From NCBI GenBank assembly GCA_051362555.1, contig CM120642.1, forward strand, positions 4,402,001 to 4,466,000: a stretch of 64,000 bases of DNA, in the 5' to 3' direction. The notes beneath the pieces are model-generated. The model was not told the DNA's origin, did no database searches, and saw nothing but the letters and a program-made list of their open reading frames with translations. Below are positions 59,132 through 64,000 of this stretch, in pieces (positions within the stretch are counted from its first letter, which is position 1; each line of letters starts with the position of its first letter). A program made the position numbers and the translations under genes. Origin of the DNA: Lingula anatina. Its lineage: Eukaryota; Animalia; Brachiopoda.

Positions 59132-59706
59132 TTTCCTTGGGTTTTGATTGTTACTATTTAAAAGGTATAAATCATTTATTTCTGAGACCTCTTGTTCGCC
59201 GGTCCAAATTTTATTGGCGCTGCCATTTTGGAGAACAGAGTACTGTGGACGGATCTGACGTCATAACGCGGAAGTAAACAATCTCCTCACGTGCATTTAT
59301 TTCTGAGAACAGTTTTTGTTTGTGTTATATGAATTTCCAGCAGCAATAAATTAAGGTAAACGGTGACGCATGTATAGCAGGCATCAGGTTACTGAAATAA
59401 AAACTGGTGTCTTACAAATAATGTGACTTGAGCACTGAGAATTTGATGAAATCGAGATCCCATTGTTACGCATAATATTGAACCCATAGTAACCAGTGAC
59501 CCGCGCCAGATAAGGCTCATTTCTCTTCTAGCTGGTGGTTGAAAGCCCACTAGGTCACATTCACTTCCGCAATTCGCCTTTTTGACTTAACGCAACAGCA
59601 GAAAGGATGTCCTGTAAAAGATGTCCAGAACTGGGAAATTTGACACCCAATGGAAAGGACTCATAGGGTATCTTACAGTGTACATGTAGAGAGCAACATA
59701 AGTAAC
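59132..59706. promoter_or_regulatory. Bidirectional promoter between PLPP6-like and FAM78
   Basis: 575 bp between divergent ATGs; ATTGG ~59213, YY1-like GCCATTTT 59222, CRE TGACGTCA 59256-59263, ETS GCGGAAGT 59268-59275 and CACTTCCG 59562-59569. Confidence 0.6.
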
Positions 59707-59900
59707 ATGGGTGGATGCGTGTCGACCCTTGAGAGGAGTAATTCGCCGCCAGTGATTGTTATGAGAGATTCTTCTCTCTCCTGTTTATCCGCGTCGAACA
59801 AACCAAATTTTATTGTTGAAGCAATAGACACCTCTATTGACGATGCACTTACCGAAGTGGACGAAACATCGTGTTTGAAATACAGGACTCCCCACTTTAG
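59707..59900 (+). CDS. FAM78: FAM78A/B-family protein, first coding exon (gene continues beyond the window)
   Basis: MGGCVS...IDTSIDDALTEVDETSCLKYRTPHFR resembles the recalled FAM78 N-terminus (MGCIQS...ASIDPVPTSIDESSSVVLRYRTPHFR); donor AG|GTACGT at 59900. Confidence 0.8.
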
Positions 59901-60386
59901 GTACGTATCAGTTTTCTTAGATAAAATATCAGTTCATGGTAAATATGTGTACTCATCCTGGTTATTCACGTGATGTTGGATTTCTTCTGACATTCACATC
60001 TATGATTTAAAATAATATTTTAGCATTTCTTCTTACATTCTCAGGTTTAAGACTAAAATAATTTTAAAGGGAACGTATTTTTAAAATAATAGACTAATAT
60101 ATATTTTTATCTTACAAGTTAAATAGTGTAACAAATATGATTGATTTTTAAGAAACCAAGTCCCAGTTCCCGCCCAACTTCTGTGTCCTGTTGTGTAAGA
60201 TGCTTAAATTTTATTAAAGTGCTTTTGCACTCTACATTGTGGCTGCCACAAAATCCATCCCATAATGACGATAATTTGAGTATCCGTGAGTGAAGTTTGA
60301 TTTATACTTAAAAACGTTACTATCTATATAATACGTGAATATTGCGACTTTTTTCCTGTTAGGTTAGTCATCTTCTTGTAGTGTTT

Positions 60387-61017
60387 AAGGACACTGACAG
60401 GATTTGAGACCAACAAAATACCTAAAATGAGGTTTTTTCGTGTATCTGTTTATTCAGTTATGCATCTATCATTTTGCTGATTAAAAAAATCCCTTTGAAA
60501 AAATAAAATGCTGGTCTTAAAATTTCTAGTTGCTAAGCATAAGCATAAGGACCTCGGAGCATTTATCGCCAACTAAACAGCTTTCAGTATTGAGGTGAAA
60601 TAAGAATCGGTATGGAGCGTAACTTCATCGTTGTCAAGAACTTATCACGAAAATTGGCATAGGTGACGACACGTGTATGGGTTTCAATCCCTTGCCGTCA
60701 TGTTGGATTAAATTTATTTGTCAAGGAGTAATGCATCATTGAACCAAGGCATTATTCTGCTTATTAACAATATGATCTGAACTAAGACTTTTAAGAAAAT
60801 GTCGCTGGCAGGGTTTTTAAGTACTCAATGAGGTCATTAAATTAGCATTGAAATATGTTCGTAGGTGTTCAGGAGAAATTTGAGAAACGGATTTTGCAAG
60901 TTTTACCCCAAAATGGCAATTATGACGTCATCGGTAAATTGACACTTATGTAAATGCAAAGGATTTTACTTCAAGATAGTGATTTAGGAGCTTTTGTCTA
61001 GCCCTGACGGTAACCTT
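60387..61017. mobile_element. Possible Kolobok-like non-autonomous element (TTAA flanks)
   Basis: ttaaGGACACTGACAGG vs reverse complement ttaaaAGGTTACCGTCAGG (10/14 match); weak. Confidence 0.3.
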
Positions 61018-61594
61018 TTAAATTTCATTTGAGTTATTTGCATTGTACATTGCAGCTGTCACAAAATCCTTCCCTTAACATGGTAATTACGAGAATTACA
61101 TCGGATTATCATTTTGATCTATACCTAAAAACGTTACTCTCTATATAATAGCTAATATAACTTGTTTCATTTTGCAGGCGTGTGGGGATTATTTCACACT
61201 TTTTTCACGCACACCACTCGCTGTCAATGTGACATGCTATAAACCTATGTCATAAGTTCAGCGGCGGGAGAAAGGTCCCCAAAAATTTAACGAAACTGTG
61301 GGTGATACAGTTACCCTCCCCTCCCCCCCTCCACTCCTGATAAACTTCCAGTTAACATTTCCCTTAAAATGAATATCTTTGTTATCGTTGGTCAGGCGCC
61401 AGAAATCACGAGGTCTAGATGAGATAATCATTTTACTATTAGTTCCATGTAAAATGTGTTGATCCAATTACAAGACGCGTGTCATATTTTGGAATTTTAT
61501 AAGTAGACAGAGTAGATAACTGGTATTTTGAATTGTTATAAGGATGTAAATCTGACCTCAATTAATTATTGTATCAGAACTTGTCATTTTCTTT

Positions 61595-64000
61595 TAATAA
61601 TAATAATAATAATTTATTCAGCTTTGAATGTTACAATTTAACATTGTTTGCTGTCTAGTCTACTACAGAATCTACCATATTGTACTTACATAAAAAGAGA
61701 GAAAGTGATATTTCATCGTGTTGCTAACTGTATATACTGTGATAATGCTTTTAGTGATTTCTGATCTTGAGGGTTGAGGAGGATGAATAGTTTCTGATCA
61801 CTGCCTGCTAATTCATAATTTTGTCTCACAGTGTTTGGGAGGGAACTGAGCATATTTTGTCGCTCTATTTGGTATTTACTACATGTGAGGAAGAAATGTT
61901 TCTCATCCTCTATTTCCGTTTTACAGCTTGTGCAGGTTCTTTGTTCCAGGGTGATTTTCATGTGCCTGCCTTTCTCTATCGCTAGCTCGTGGTCACTAAT
62001 TCTCATTTTGGCTAAGTATTTTTTGTCTGAGCTTGTGGCGTTCATTTTTAAGTAATTTTCAAGATCGTATGAGTTTTTTATTTTTCGATATGTACGCAGT
62101 TTATTGTGGTTCTCCTTGTTCAATTCTTTCCAAAAAAGGTCTTCGATTTTTAGATTAATTTCTTTTTCTAGGTCTGATGTTTCATCCCAATGTTGAATTC
62201 CCCAATTCTGTCTAAATGCCGCCACTGTTTTAGTCCAATTATCTATTTTCAGGAGTTTTTCTTCGCTAAATGTTTGTTTCAGTATTCTTGTATTCGGGAG
62301 ATTTTTAAGTCTGGTGTGGTATTTTTGCATGGATTTAATTATATCTGTAAGGATTGGGTATCTACCCAATTCTGCTCTGCAGGCATTATTACTGGCAGTT
62401 TTTCTCACTCCTAATACCCATTTGCACATTTTTAGGTGAATTTGCTCGAAGGACGTGTTATTGATTTTATCTAGGCTTAGTGATTTTTCTTTGAGAATTT
62501 CCTGACCCCATACCTCGCTACCATATAGTAAAATTGGTTTTACAGTTTTATCAAATAGTTTCATTTGTAATAGTGGATTAGATATGTTTTGGGAGGATAA
62601 AGTGCTTTTAAGCGCAAACATGGCCTTCATTGCTTTTTGTTTTAGATTGTGTATTGCTTTCTTGAGGTTACCTGTATTGGTGAAGGTGATACCTAGATAA
62701 GTATATTCTGTAACGTTTTCCAGGATATTTTCATTTATTGTGAATTTTAGGTGCTGTTCTGTTTTTCCAGCTTTGTTGAAAATTAATATTTTGCACTTTT
62801 TCTCGTTTACCTGGAGCTGCCATTTTTTGCAGTATTTTTCAAGGCGTGACAATGATTTTTGCAGGCCATCACTTGTTTCTGAGAGTAGTACCAGGTCATC
62901 AGCATACAGTATATGAAATAGTCTTTCATCGCCATTTGGGTTTAGGGCAGTTTTCACATCATCAATAAAAATGTTAAAAAGGACTGGACTTAGATTGTCG
63001 CCTTGCTTAATTCCCAATTTAGAATAAAATGGTTCTGTGTATCCTTCCCCAACCGATATCCCTAGTTTTGTTTGACTGTACATTGCTTTGATTAATTTGT
63101 AAAATTTTCCCCCAATACCCAGTTTTAGTAGTTTGTACATTAGACCTTTGTGCCAAACAGTGTCAAAAGCCTTTTTAAAGTCAATAAAACATGCATAAAG
63201 ACGCTTGTTTTGGTTTACGTATCTATTAACTAAAGATTTTAAGGTAAAAATGTGGTCTGTTGTGCGGTATCCTGGCCTAAAACCAGCTTGCTCTTCACTG
63301 AGTAGATGTTCATTCTGCAAATAGTCAGTCAGTCTCTTACAGAGTATTGAGTTAAACAGTTTCCCCAGACAACTGGTGATGCACAGTCCTCGATAATTTG
63401 ATGGATTCATATGTTCACCACTTTTATGGATAGGTATGATGATGCCAAGGTTCCAAGTGTCGGGAATTTCAGTGGTATTGAGGATAAGATTAAAGATCTT
63501 TGTGATAACAATTGCTAGGTACTGGGTTCCTACTTTAAGCATTTCATTCTTAATTGCATCTTCCCCAGCTGCTTTCCCACTTTTAAGCTTTTTCAGGGCA
63601 TTTTTCACTTCATGACATGTTATTGCACTGTCTAGTATTGGAATACCCTCTTGTCTTTCCATCTCTTTTAACGGGGCATCGATTATGTTGTTTTCTTTTG
63701 GGGCAATCCCACAAAGCTGGTGAAAGTGTTTAAGCCAAATGTCTGGACTAATTAAGTTGTGCCTGGTTTCTTTTTCTTTCAGGTTTTTAAAAACTTCCCA
63801 GAATTCTTTAGGGTTTTTCTCTTCGTTTTCGAGTAATCTTTTAAGTAGAAAATCTTTGTGCTCCCGTTTTTTACGCTTAATTAGTTGCTTATATTTTCTA
63901 GAGGCTTCATGGTAGGTGTGGGCAACAAAGTTGTTTCCTGGGTTGTTCTGTAGCAATTTCCCAAGGTGCTTTATATTGCGCCTGATTTCGGCACATGTGC
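61595..64000 (-). mobile_element. Non-LTR retrotransposon (LINE, probably RTEX/L2-CR1 group) in the FAM78 intron; 5' part beyond the window
   Basis: Uninterrupted RT ORF, short 3' UTR, AATAAA (tttatt 61613-61618) and (ATT)n tail ending in a T-rich target. Confidence 0.9.
61713..63956 (-). CDS. LINE ORF2: reverse transcriptase and C-terminal CCHC zinc knuckle (partial)
   Basis: YRGLCITS, QAGFRPG, FIDFKKAFDTV, GIKQGDNLSPVLF, LYADDLVL, YTYLG, CTSC-x7-H-x4-C. Confidence 0.93.
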   Translation of the reverse strand: MLQNNPGNNFVAHTYHEASRKYKQLIKRKKREHKDFLLKRLLENEEKNPKEFWEVFKNLKEKETRHNLISPDIWLKHFHQLCGIAPKENNIIDAPLKEMERQEGIPILDSAITCHEVKNALKKLKSGKAAGEDAIKNEMLKVGTQYLAIVITKIFNLILNTTEIPDTWNLGIIIPIHKSGEHMNPSNYRGLCITSCLGKLFNSILCKRLTDYLQNEHLLSEEQAGFRPGYRTTDHIFTLKSLVNRYVNQNKRLYACFIDFKKAFDTVWHKGLMYKLLKLGIGGKFYKLIKAMYSQTKLGISVGEGYTEPFYSKLGIKQGDNLSPVLFNIFIDDVKTALNPNGDERLFHILYADDLVLLSETSDGLQKSLSRLEKYCKKWQLQVNEKKCKILIFNKAGKTEQHLKFTINENILENVTEYTYLGITFTNTGNLKKAIHNLKQKAMKAMFALKSTLSSQNISNPLLQMKLFDKTVKPILLYGSEVWGQEILKEKSLSLDKINNTSFEQIHLKMCKWVLGVRKTASNNACRAELGRYPILTDIIKSMQKYHTRLKNLPNTRILKQTFSEEKLLKIDNWTKTVAAFRQNWGIQHWDETSDLEKEINLKIEDLFWKELNKENHNKLRTYRKIKNSYDLENYLKMNATSSDKKYLAKMRISDHELAIEKGRHMKITLEQRTCTSCKTEIEDEKHFFLTCSKYQIERQNMLSSLPNTVRQNYELAGSDQKLFILLNPQDQKSLKALSQYIQLATR

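Overview
AT-rich metazoan genomic DNA with spliceosomal introns. The repeat families suggest a lophotrochozoan-type invertebrate (inference). Left 38 kb, minus strand: 24 in-phase exons of a vitellogenin-receptor/yolkless-type LDL-receptor-family gene (signal peptide, 3 LDLa, EGF-EGF, YWTD propeller, EGF, YWTD propeller, EGF, 8 LDLa) that runs off the left edge. Its 13.3-kb intron 13 hosts three intact, intronless, tandemly duplicated class-A GPCR genes on the opposite strand with non-canonical activation motifs. A ~180-bp fragment of the same GPCR sits inside a 176-bp satellite in another intron. The host gene also shows a probable GC-AG intron and degenerate 'echo' copies of its own exon ends. 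The right part holds a decayed Tc1 element, an orphan CRE/TATA first-exon candidate, and a complete 6-exon peroxiredoxin-6 gene whose last intron carries a tandem Helentron-like (HINE) element with a nested RTE insertion. It ends with a 2-exon PLPP6-like phosphatase head-to-head with a FAM78 first exon, and an intact-looking LINE ORF in the FAM78 intron. Many MITEs have readable target-site duplications. All calls come from manual reading; no database searches were run.
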